Source: Camelus ferus (taxonomy: Eukaryota). From it: a stretch of 64,000 nucleotides of DNA. Numbering within the stretch: position 1 is the first letter of the stretch; each line of letters opens with the position of its first letter. This document shows positions 52,195 through 64,000 of this stretch, in pieces. The DNA is taken from positions 120,778,001-120,842,000 of the forward strand of contig NC_045697.1 of the NCBI RefSeq assembly GCF_009834535.1, given 5' to 3'. The notes below the pieces were generated by a model. It did no database searches. It had not been told where the DNA came from and saw only the letters and a program-made list of their open reading frames with translations. The translations under genes were made by a program, and so were the position numbers.

Positions 52195-55100
52195 ACTCTG
52201 TAGTGAATATTTGTGGAATCTGAGATGCATGTAGCGTGTTCAGAACACGGAGATTCACGGTGAGTGACTCTATGTAAATTACAAGTCTATTGGGTAGAAC
52301 TCGCTCCAAGAGATTTTTGCAGTGAAATCTGCTGCATTTTGGAATCTGGCGATTGGAAATTTCAGAGAAATCAGAGAAAATGCTTCAAAGGTCAGTATGC
52401 CTTTTACTGTGATGAAAGTTCGGTAATCCACATGCAAAACAACATTTGTAGTGAGTATGTGTCAAATCATTATGCATGTAGCGTGTTCGAAAGACTTAAT
52501 TTCACAGCAATGTATTCTATGTAAATTACATGCCTAGTGGGTAGAAATAGCTCCAACAGTTTTTTCTTAGAAAAATACCTAATTTTCAAAAACTGCTATT
52601 AGGAAATTGCTGCGAACTCAGAGTTAATATTTCTAAATGCTAATATTCTTTTGTGGTGGATGAAAGATTTTAATGCACATGCTTACACTCACTAAAGAAT
52701 GTTGTAGAATCTGTGATGCATGTAATGTATTCAGAACACGGAATGTCATGGTAACTGAAAGTATGTAAATTACAAGTCTATTGGATAGAACTCACTCCAA
52801 GAGGATTTTTCTTTAAAACTGTCTTATTTTCGAAACTGGCATTAAGAAATATCTGCAAATACTGAGTACATGCTTCTAGCTGTATATATACATGTATGGT
52901 AGATGAAAGTACATTAATCCACATGAAACAACTCAGCAATTAATATTTGACGAACTGCGGTGCATGAAGCATGTTCGGAGCACGGTATGTCACGGCGAGG
53001 AGATCTATGTAAATTACATGTCTATTGTTTAGAACATTCTACAAGAGTATTATCCTGCAAATGTTGCCTGATATTCTAAACTGCAGTTAGGAAAAAGCTG
53101 AAAAATAAGAATAATATTTTCAAGGTTTATATATGCATTATATGGTGGATGAAAGTTCCGTAATCACAGGCACACACTGAGTAATGAATGTTTGTCAAAT
53201 CCGTGATGAATTAGCATGTTCACAACTCGGAAAGTCACTTTATGGGAAACAATTGAAATTGAAAAATTCTAATGGGTAGATGTCACATGAAGAGATTTTT
53301 CTGGGAAAACTGGTATGATTTTCGAGACTGACGTTAGGAAAAATCTGTGAAATCAGAGTAAATATTTCTAGGTGTATTTATGCCTTGTATGGTGGATGAA
53401 TGTTCTGTAATCCACATGCACACTACTTAGTAATGAATGTTTGTCAAACCGTGATGCATGTAGCATGTTCAGAAAATGGAAAGTCACTTTGAGGGAAAGT
53501 ATTAAATACAATTCTACTGGGTAGAACTCGCATGAAGAGGTTTTTTCTGCCAAAACTTCATGATTTTTAAACTGAAGTTAGGAAAAACTGTGAAGCAGAG
53601 TCAATATTCTAGGTGTTGTAAATATACCTTGGTATGGTGGTGAAAGTTCAGAAATCCACATGCTCACAACTAAGTAATGAATGATTTCTAAAACCAATAT
53701 GCATGTACGTGTTATGAACACAGAATTCATGGTAAAGTGAAAAATTGTAAATTTTCAGTCTATTTGATAGAACACGATTCGAAGAGATTTTTATGTGAAA
53801 ACTGGTTATATATCGCAAGTGGCTTTAGGACAAACCTGCAAACGAGTAGAAACAATTTTAGGTGTAAATATGCCGGTTTGGTGGTAGAAGAAAGTATGGT
53901 AATCCACATGTTCACAACCATTTAAATAGTTGTTCGAATCCGGGAGGTGCACGTATCATATACTGAACACAGAATATCATGGTGAAAAAATCTTTGTAAA
54001 TTACAAAATTATTGGGTTAGAACCCACTCCAAAAATTTTTGTTCTGTGAAATCTTGCCTCATTTTCAAAACTGGCATAAGGAAAAGAGTTCGAAAATCAT
54101 GAGAAAATGTTTCTAAGTGCAAATATGACTTTAATGGGGATGAAAACTCAGTAATCCACATGCTAACAAGTTGTAGTGAATTTTTTTCGATTCGTGATGC
54201 ATAGGCTTTCTCAGAACACGGAATTTAACGGTCAGCGAATCTATGTAAATTACATCTCTATTGAGTAGAACTAGCTCCAACAGGATATTTTCTGCATTAA
54301 ACTGCATGAATTAGAAACTGACATTAGGAGATATCTACTAAATCTGAAAAAGTATTCTACGTGTAAATATGCCTTGTTTGGTGGATGAAAATTCGTTAAT
54401 ACTATGTTCACAACTCATTAAAGAGTGTTTGTCGAATCAGTGATGGCAGGGAGCATGTTTGGCAAACACGGAATCCTCGATGAGCGGGAAGCATTTTTTA
54501 AATTTCATGTCCATTCCGGGTTAGTAGAACTCGATTCACAAGCATTTACTGCAAAATCTGCCTCACTTTCAAAACTGGCAGAGTAGGAAACATATTCGAA
54601 ATCTAGGAGAAAGCTTCTAAGTGTCAATATGACTTGTATGTGATGAAAGAATCAGAAAATGCAACATGCTAAAAAATCTGTAGTGAATACTTGTCGAAAC
54701 CTTGATGCATGCAATCTTTGTAGAACACAGATTTGACGGTGAGCGAATCTATGGTAAATTAAATGTTATTGTTGAGAACTCTCTCCAAGAATCTTTTTCT
54801 GTGAAAAACGCTCAGTTCGAAACTGGCTTTAGGTTAAAACTTTCAAAAAATGAGAAAATGCTTTGTAAGTGTCATGCCTTGTTGGTGGATGAAAGTACGG
54901 AAAACCAATGCTAATAACTCTGTAGTGAATATTGTGGAATCTAGATCTAGATGCATGTAGCGTGTTCAGAACACGGAGATTCACGGTGAGGTGAATCTAT
55001 GTAAATTACAAAATCTATTGGGTGTAAGAACTCGCTCCAAGAGTTTTTGCTGTGAAATCTGCTGCATTTTGGAATCTGGCGATTGGAAATTCAGTGAAAT

Positions 55101-58100
55101 CAGAGAAAATGCTTCAAAGTGTCACTATGCCTTTTATTGTGATGAAAGTTCGGTAATCCACATGCAACACATTTGTAGTGATATGTGTCAAATCCGTTAT
55201 GCATGTAGCATGTTCGAAAGACGTAAATTCACAATGTATTCTATGTAAATTAATGCCTAGTGGTAGAAATGCTCCAACAGTTTTTTCCTTAGAAAAATGC
55301 CTAATTTTCAAAACTGCTATTAGGAAATTGCTGCGAACTCAGAGTTAATATTTCTAAATGCTAATATTTCTGTGTGGTGGATGAAAGATTTTAATGCACA
55401 TGCTTACACTCACTAAAGAATGTTGTAGAATCTGTGATGCATGTAATGTATTCAGAACACGGAATGTCATGGTAACTGAAAGTATGTAAATTACAAGTCT
55501 ATTGGATAGAACTCACTCCAAGAGGATTTTTCTGTTAAACTGTCTTATTTTCGAAACTGGCATTAAGAAATATCTGCAAATACTGAGTACATGCTTCTAG
55601 CTGTATATATACATTGTATGGTAGATGAAAGTACATTAATCCACATGATAACAACTCAGCAATTAATATTTGACGAACTGCGGTGCATGAAGCATGTTCG
55701 AGCACGGTATGTCACGCGAGGAATCTATGTAAATTACATGTCTATTGTTTAGACATTCTACAAGAGTATTATCCTGCAAATGTTGCCCTGATATTCTAAA
55801 CTGCAGTTAGGAAAAAGCTGAAAAATAAGAATATTTTCAAGGTTTCTATATGCATTACATGGTGGATGAAAGTTCCGTAATCACAGGCACACAACTGAGT
55901 AATAAACGTTTGTCAAATCCGTGATGAATTTAGCATGTTCACAACTCGGAAAGTCACTTTATGGGAAACAATTGAAATTGAAATTCTAATGGGTAGATGT
56001 CACATGAAGAGATTTTTTCTGGGAAAACTGTATGATTTTTCGAGACTGACGTTAGGAAAAATCTGTGAAATCAGAGTAAATATTTCTAGGTGTATTTATG
56101 CCTTGTATGGTGGATGAATGTTCTGTAATCCACATGCACACTACTTAGTAATGAATGATTGTCAAACCGTGATGCATGTAGCATGTTCAGAAAATGGAAA
56201 GTCACTTTGAGGGAAACTATTGTTAAAATTACAATTCTACTGGGTAGAACTCGTCATGAAGAGGTTTTTATCTGCGAAACTTCATGATTTTTAAACTGAA
56301 GTTAGGAAAAACTGTGAAAGCAGAGTACATATAATTCTAGGTGTAAATATACCCTTGTATGGGTGGGTTGGAAAGTTCAGAAGTCCACATGCTCCAACTA
56401 GAGTAATGTGAATGATTTCTAAATCCATATGCATGTAACGTGTTATGAACACAGAATGTTCATGGTAAGAGTGAAACATTGTAATTTCATGTCTATTTGA
56501 ATAGAACACGATCGAAGAGATTTTTTATGTGAAAACTGGTTATATATCGCAATGGCTTTAGGACAAACCGCAAACGAGTAGAACATTTCTAGATGTAAAT
56601 ATGCCGTGTTTGGTGGTAGAAAGTATGGTAATCCACATGTCACACACTCATTAAAATATGTTTGTCGAAATCCGTGATGCACGTATCATATACTGAACAC
56701 AGAATATCATGGTGAAAAATCTTTGTAAATTACAAATTTATTGGGTAGAACTCACTCCAAAAGTATTTTTCTGTGAAATCTGCCTCATTTTCAAAACTGG
56801 CATAAGGAAAAGAGTTCGAAATCTGAGAAAATGTGTCTAAGTGCAATATGACTTTAATGGTGGATGAAAACTCAGTAATCCACATGCTAACAAGTCTGTA
56901 GTGAATTTTTTTCGATTCAGTGATGCATAGAGCTTTCTCAGAACACGGAATTTAACGGTGAGCGAATCTATGTAAATTACAATCTCTATTGAGTAGAACT
57001 AGCTCCAAGAGGATATTTCTGCATAAACTGCATGATATTAGAAACTGACATTAGGAGATATCTACTAAATCTGAAAAAGTATTTCTACGTGTAAATATGC
57101 CTTGTTTGGTGGATGAAAATTCGGTAATACTAATGTTCACAACTCATTAAAGAGTGTTTGTCGAATCAGTGATGCAGGGAGCATGTTTGGAACACGGAAA
57201 TCCTCGATGAGCGGAAGCATTTAAATTTCATGTCCATTGGGTAGAACTCGCTCCACAAGCATTTTACTGCAAAATCTGCCTCACTTTCAAAACTGGCAGT
57301 AGGAAACATATTCGAAATCTGAGAAAAAGCTTCTAAGTGTCAATATGACTTGTATGTGGATGAAAGATCAGAAATGCACATGCTAACAAATCTGTAGTGA
57401 ATACTTGTCGAAACCTTGATGCATGCAACTTTGTCAGAACACAGATTTTGACGGTGAGCGAATCTATGTAAATTACATGTCTATTGTTGAGAACTCTCTC
57501 CAAGAATATTTTTCTGTGAAAACTGCCTCATTTTCGAAACTGGCTTTAGGTAAAACTTTCAAAAATGAGAAAATGCTTGTAAGTGTCAGTATGCCTTGTA
57601 TGGTGGATGAAAGTACGGAAAACCATATGCTAATAACTCTGTAGTGAATATTTGTGGAATCTGAGATGCATGTAGCGTGTTCAGAACACGGAGATTCACG
57701 GTGAGTGAATCTATATAAATTACAAGTCTAGTGGGTAGAAACTCACTCCAAGAGTATTTTTCTGTGAAAAAATGTCTTATTTTCGAAACTGGCATTAAGA
57801 AATATCTGCAAAATATTTAGTACATGCTTCTAGCAGGATATATACATTGTATGGTAGATGAAAGTACATTAATTCCACATGCTAACAACTCAGCAATTAA
57901 TATTTGTCGTACTGCGCTGCATGAAGCATGTTTGGAGCACGGTATGTCACGGCGAGGAGATCTATGTAAATTACATGTCTATTGTGTAGAACACTCTACA
58001 AGAGATATTATCCTGCAAATGTTGCCTGATATTCTAAACTGCAGTAGGAAAATGCTGCAAAATCATAATAATATTTCAAGGTTTATATATGCATTATATG

Positions 58101-61100
58101 GTGGATGAAAGTTACAGTAAATTCACAGGCACACAACTGAGTAATGAATGTTTGTCAAATCCGTGATGAATTTAGGCATGTTCACAACTCGTAAAGTCAC
58201 TTATGGGAAACAATTAAATTGAAAATTCTAATGGGTAGAATGTCACATGAAGAGATTTTTTCTGGGAAACTGTATGATTTTCGAGACTGACGTTAGGAAA
58301 ATCTGTGAAATCAGAGTAAATATTTCTAGGTGTATTTATGCCTTGTATGGTGGATGAATGTTCTGTAATCCACATGCACACTACTTAGTAATGAGTGTTT
58401 GTCAAACCGTGATGCATGTAGCATGTTCAGAAAATGGAAAGTCACTTTGAGGGAAACTATTTAAATTACAATTCTACTGGGTAGAACTCGCATGAAGACG
58501 TTTTTTCTGCGAAAACTTCATGATTTTTAAACTGAAGTTAGGAAAAACTGTGAAAGCAGAGTAAATATTTCTAGGTGTAAATATACCTTGTATGGTGGTT
58601 GAAAGTTCAGAAATCCACATGCTCACAACTAAGTAATGAATGATTTCTAAAACCAATATGCATGTAACGTGTTATGAACACAGAATTTCATGGTAAGTGA
58701 AACATTGTAAATTTCATGTCTATTTGATAGAACACGATCGAAGAGATTTTTTATGTGAAAACTGGTTATATATCGCAAGTGGCTTTAGGACAAACCTGCA
58801 AACGAGTAGAAACATTTCTAGGTGTAAATATGCCGTGTTTGGTGGTAGAAAGTATGGTAATCCACATGTTCACAACTCATTAAAATATGTTTGTCGAATC
58901 CGTGATGCACGTATCATATACTGAACACAGAATATCATGGTGAAAAATCTTTGTAAATTACAAATTTATTGGGTAGAACTCACTCCAAAGTATTTTTCTG
59001 TGAAATCTGCCTCATTTTCAAAACTGGCATAAGGAAAAGAGTTCGAAATCTGAGAAAATGTTTCTAAGTGCAATATGAGTTTAATGGTGGATGACAACTC
59101 AGTAATCCACAAGCTAACAAGTCTGTAGTGAATTTTTTTCGATTCAGTGATGCATAGAACTTTCTCAGAACACGGAATTTAACGGTGAGCGAATCTATGT
59201 AAATTACATCTCTATTGAGTAGAACTAGCTCCAACAGGATATTTCTGCATAAACTGCATGATATTAGAAACTGACATTAGGAGATATCTACTAAATCTGA
59301 AAAGTATTTCTACGTGTAATATGCCTTGTTTGGTGGATGAAAATTCGGTAATACTAATGTTCACAACTCATTAAAGAGTGTTTGTCGAATCAGTGATGCA
59401 GGGAGCATGTTTGGAACACGGAAATCCTCGATGAGCGGAAGCATTTAAATTTCATGTCCATTGGGTAGAACTCGCTCCACAAGCATTTTACTGCAAAATC
59501 TGCCTCACTTTCAAACTGGCAGTAGGAAACATATTCGAAATCTGAGAAAAAGCTTCTAAGTGTCAATATGACTTGTATGTGGATGAAAGATCAGAAATGC
59601 ACATGCTAACAAATCTGTAGTGAATATTTGTCGAAACCTTGATGCATGCAACTTTGTCAGAACACAGATTTTGACGGTGAGCGAATCTATGTAAATTATA
59701 TGTCTATTGTTGAGAACTCTCTCCAAGAATATTTTTCTGTGAAAACTGCCTCATTTTCGAAACTGGCTTTAGGTAAAACTTTCAGAAAATGAGAAAATGC
59801 TTGTAAGTGTCAGTATGCCTTGTATGGTGGATGAAAGTATGGAAAACCATATGCTAATAACTCTGTAGTGAATATTTGTGGAATCTGAGATGCATGTAGC
59901 GTGTTCAGAACACGGAGATTCACGGTGAGTGAATCTATATAAATTACAAGTCTATTGGGTAGAACTCGCTCCAAGAGTATTTTTCTGTGAAAAATGTCTT
60001 ATTTTCGAAACTGGCATTAAGAAATATCTGCAAATATTTAGTACATGCTTCTAGCTGTATATATACATTGTATGGTAGATGAAAGTACATTAATCCACAT
60101 GCTAACAACTCAGCAATTTATATTTGTCGAACTGCGGTGCATGAAGCATGTTCGGAGCACGGTATGTCACGGCGAGGAGGTCTATGTAAATTACATGTCT
60201 ATTGTGTAGAACACTCTACAAGAGAATTATCCTGCAAAAGTTGCCTGATATTCTAAACTGCAGTTAGGAAAAAGCTGCAAAATCAGAATAATATTTTCAA
60301 GGTTTATATATGCATTATATGGTGGACGAAAGTTTCATAATTCACAGGCACACAACTGAGTAATGAATGTTTGTCAAATCCGTGATGAATTTAGCATGTT
60401 CACAACTCGGAAAGTCACTTTATGGGAAACAAATGTAATTGAAAATTCTAATGGGTAGATGTCACATGAAGAGATTTTTTCTGGGAAAACTGTATGATTT
60501 TCGAGACTGACGTTAGGAAAAATCTGTGAAATCAGAGTAAATATTTCTAGGTGTATTTATGCCTTGTATGGTGGATGAAAGTTCTGTAATCCACATGCAC
60601 ACAACTGAGTAATGAATGTTTGTCAAATCCGTGATGCATGTAGCATGTTCAGAAAATGGAAAATTCACTTTGAGGGAAACTATTTAAATTAAAATTCTAC
60701 TGGGTAGAACTCGCATGAAGAGGTTTTTTCTGCGAAAACTTCATGATTTTTGAAATTGATTTAGGAAAAACTGTGAAAGCAGAGTCAAAATTTCTAGGTG
60801 TAAATATACCTTGTATGGTGGTTGAAAGTTCAGAAATCCACATGCTCACAACTAAGTAATGAATGATTTCTAAATCCAATATGCATGTAGCGTGTTATAA
60901 ACACCGAATGTCATGATAAGTGAAACATAGTAAATTTCATGTCTATTGCATAGAACACGATCGAAGAAAATTTTTCTGTGAAAACTGCCTGTATTTCGCA
61001 AGTGGCATTAGGACAAAACTGCAAACGAGGAGAAACATTCCTAGGTGTAAATATGCCGTGAATGGTGGATGAAAGTTTGGTAATCCACATGTTCACAACT

Positions 61101-64000
61101 CGTTAAAAAATGTTTGTTGAATCCGTGATGCACGTATCATATTCAGAACACAGAATATCATGGTGAAAGAAACATTGTAAATTACATATTTATTGGGTAG
61201 AACTCACTCCAAAAGTATTTTTCTGTGAAATCTGCCTCATTTTCAAAACTGGCATAAGGAAAAGTGTTCGAAATCTGAGAAAATGTTTCTAAGTGCAATA
61301 TGACTTTAATGGTGGATGAAAACTCATTAATCCACATGCTAACAAGTCTGTAGTGAATTTTGTCGATTCTGTGATGCATACAGCTTTCTCAGAACACGGA
61401 ATTTAACGGTGAGCGAATCTATGTAAATTACATCTCTATTGAGTCGAACTCGCTCCAAGAGGATTTTTCTGCATAAACTGCATGATTTTAAAAACTGACA
61501 TTAGGAGATATCTACTAAATCTGAAAGTCTTTCTACGTGTAAATATGTCTTGTTTGGTGGATGAAAATTCGGTAATACTAATGTTCACAACTAATTAAAG
61601 AGTGTTTGTCGAATCCATGATGCATGTAGCGTGTTAGGAACACGGAATTTCTCGATGAGCGGAAGCATTTAAATTTCATGTCCATTGGGTAGAACTCGCT
61701 CCACAAGCATTTTTCTGCAAAATCTGCCTCACTTTCAAACCTGGCAGTAGGAAATATATTCGAAATCTGAGAAAATGCTTCTACGTGTCAATATGACTTG
61801 TATGTGGATGAAAGATCAGAAATGCACATGCTAAGAAATCTGTAGTGAATACTTTTCGAAACCTTGATGCATGCATCTTTGTCAGAACACAGATGTTGAC
61901 AGTGAGCGAATCTATGTAAATTACATGTCTATTGTTGAGAACTCTCTCCAAGAATATTTTTCTGTGAAAACTGCCTCATTTTCGAAACTGGCTTTAGGTA
62001 AAACTTTCAAAAAATGAGAAAATGCTTTTAAGTGTCAGTATGCCTTGTATGGTGGATGAAAGTACGGAAAACCATATGCTAATAACTCTGTAGTGAATAT
62101 TTGTGGAATCTGAGATGCATGTAGCGTGTTCAGAACACGGAGATTCACGGTGAGTGACTCTATGTAAATTACAAGTCTATTGGGTAGAACTCGCTCCAAG
62201 AGATTTTTGCAGTGAAATCTGCTGCATTTTGGAATCTGGCGATTGGAAATTTCAGAGAAATCAGAGAAAATGCTTCAAAGTGTCAGTATGCCTTTTACTG
62301 TGATGAAAGTTCGGTAATCCACATGCAAACACATTTGTAGTGAATATGTGTCAAATCCATTATGCATGTAGCGTGTTCGAAAGACTTAATTTCACAGCAA
62401 TGTATTCTATGTAAATTACATGCCTAGTGGGTAGAAATAGCTCCAACAGTTTTTTCCTTAGAAAAATACCTAATTTTCAAAACTGCTATTAGGAAATTGC
62501 TGCGAACTCAGAGTTAATATTTCTAAATGCTAATATTTCTTGTGTGGTGGATGAAAGTTTTTAATGCACATGCTTACACTCACTAAAGAATGTTGTAGAA
62601 TCTGTGATGCATGTAATGTATTCAGAACACGGAATGTCATGGTAACTGAAAGTATGTAAATTACAAGTCTATTGGATAGAACTCACTCCAAGAGGATTTT
62701 TCTGTTAAAACTGTCTTATTTTCGAAACTGGCATTAAGAAATATCTGCAAATACTGAGTACATGCTTCTAGCTGTATATATACATTGTATGGTAGATGAA
62801 AGTACATTAATCCACATGATAACAACTCAGCAATTAATATTTGACGAACTGCGGTGCATGAAGCATGTTCGGAGCACGGTATGTCACGGCGAGGAGATCT
62901 ATGTAAATTACATGTCTATTGTTTAGAACATTCTACAAGAGTATTATCCTGCAAATGTTGCCTGATATTCTAAACTGCAGTTAGGAAAAAGCTGAAAAAT
63001 AAGAATAATATTTTCAAGGTTTATATATGCATTATATGGTGGATGAAAGTTCCGTAAATCACAGGCACACAAATGAGTAATGAATGTTTGTCAAATCCGT
63101 GATGAATTTAGCATGTTCACAACTCGGAAAGTCACTTTATGGGAAACAATTGAAATTGAAAATTCTAATGGGTAGATGTCACATGAAGAGATTTTTTCTG
63201 GGAAAACTGTATGATATTCGAGACACATTAGGAAAAATCTGTGAAATCAGAGTAAATATTTCTAGGTGTATTTATGCCTTGTATGGTGGATGAATTTTCT
63301 GTAATCCACATGCACACTACTTAGTAATGAATGTTTGTCAAACCGTGATGCATGTAGCATGTTCAGAAAATGGAAAGTCACTTTGAGGGAAAGTATTTAA
63401 ATTACAATTCTACTGGGTAGAACTCGCATGAAGAGGTTTTTTCTGCGAAAACTTCATGATTTTTGAAATTGATTTAGGAAAAACTGTGAAAGCAGAGTCA
63501 ATATTTCTAGGTGTAAATATACCTTGTATGGTGGTTGAAAGTTCAGAAATCCACATGCTCACAACTAAGTAATGAATGATTTCTAAGACCAATATGCATG
63601 TAACTTGTTATGAACACAGAATTTCATGGTAAGTGAAACATTGTAAATTTCATGTCTATTTGATAGAACACGATCGAAGAGATTTTTTATGTGAAAACTG
63701 GTTATATATCGCAAGTGGCATTAGGACAAACCTGCAAACGAGTAGAAACATTTCTAGGTGTAAATATGCCGTGTTTGGTGGTAGAAAGTATGGTAATCCA
63801 CATGTTCACAACTCATTAAAATATGTTTGTCGAATCCGTGATGCACGTATCATATACTGAACACAGAATATCATGGTGAAAAATCTTTGTAAATTACAAA
63901 TTTATTGGGTAGAACTCACTCCAAAATTATTTTTCTGTGAAATCTGCCTCATTTTCAAAACTGGCATAAGGAAAAGAGTTCGAAATCTGAGAAAATGTTT
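52195..64000 (+). repeat. Satellite array, family 2: same ~247-bp monomer, diverged sister HOR (a b c f g h i j k l m 11-mer and a 9-mer variant)
   Basis: The a-anchor GTGGATGAAAGTA(C/T)GGAAAACCA lies at 54885, 57603, 59827 and 62052 (periods 2718, 2224, 2225). Diagnostic motifs such as GGAGATTCACGG, GGAATCTGGCGATTGG and GGAGATATCTACTAAATCTG were not seen left of the gap. Confidence 0.93.
57603..62051 (+). repeat. Two family-2 9-mer HORs (a/c f g h i j k l m), 2224 and 2225 bp
   Basis: The first monomer begins as a and ends as c (CTGGCATTAAGAAATATCTGCAAA), so b and one monomer-equivalent are lost; 9x247 = 2223. Confidence 0.85.

Noticed and set aside
52010..52309. ORF spanning the N gap
   Set aside because: Artefact of translating through Ns.
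53600..55300. Highly degenerate monomers as an ancient satellite layer
   Set aside because: Differences are mainly small indels relative to cleaner copies at 58.3-64 kb and lie near a contig end, so sequencing noise is more likely.
432..63860. Recurrent 60-120 aa ORFs (e.g. MKMRQISQQKALG..., MVNMCITELSPT...)
   Set aside because: They recur only because the DNA repeats. They are short, frameshifted or truncated between copies, span monomer borders and show no domain I recognise. 247 is not a multiple of 3.
1..64000. CRISPR-like or integron-like array (conserved palindromic motifs with variable intervals)
   Set aside because: The intervals are homologous, diverged copies of one monomer rather than unique spacers or cassettes. 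No cas or integrase ORF is present.
1..64000. Tandem 5S rRNA, tRNA or snRNA gene array
   Set aside because: No recognisable cloverleaf, Pol III A/B/C boxes or rRNA/snRNA sequence in the monomer. An Rfam search would be the formal test.
1..64000. Transposon insertions or inversions within the array
   Set aside because: Every segment read could be assigned to a monomer in the same orientation. No LTRs, terminal inverted repeats, poly-A tails or unique sequence were seen.

Overview
The whole window is non-coding, AT-rich (roughly one-third GC by eye) tandem satellite DNA, most likely eukaryotic. It holds about 259 head-to-tail monomers of ~247 bp, all in one orientation, interrupted only by a 100-N scaffold gap at 52095-52194. 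I see no credible genes, RNA genes, transposons or CRISPR arrays; the short ORFs are by-products of the repeat. The monomers are organised into higher-order repeats (HORs). Monomer labels are mine, assigned by eye and anchored on the GTGGAT-N12-ATCCAC motif. Left of the gap (family 1), all units can be derived from a 20-monomer scheme A B C D E F G H I J K + A' B' C' F' G' H' I' J' K' (an 11-mer plus a paralogous 9-mer). It appears as 19-, 14-, 13-, 11- and 8-mer variants, with a core of five near-identical 3210-bp 13-mers. Right of the gap (family 2) is a diverged sister HOR (11-mers and 9-mers) in which the same two-monomer cassette sits at a different position. The architecture resembles centromeric or pericentromeric satellite, but function and species cannot be determined from the sequence.
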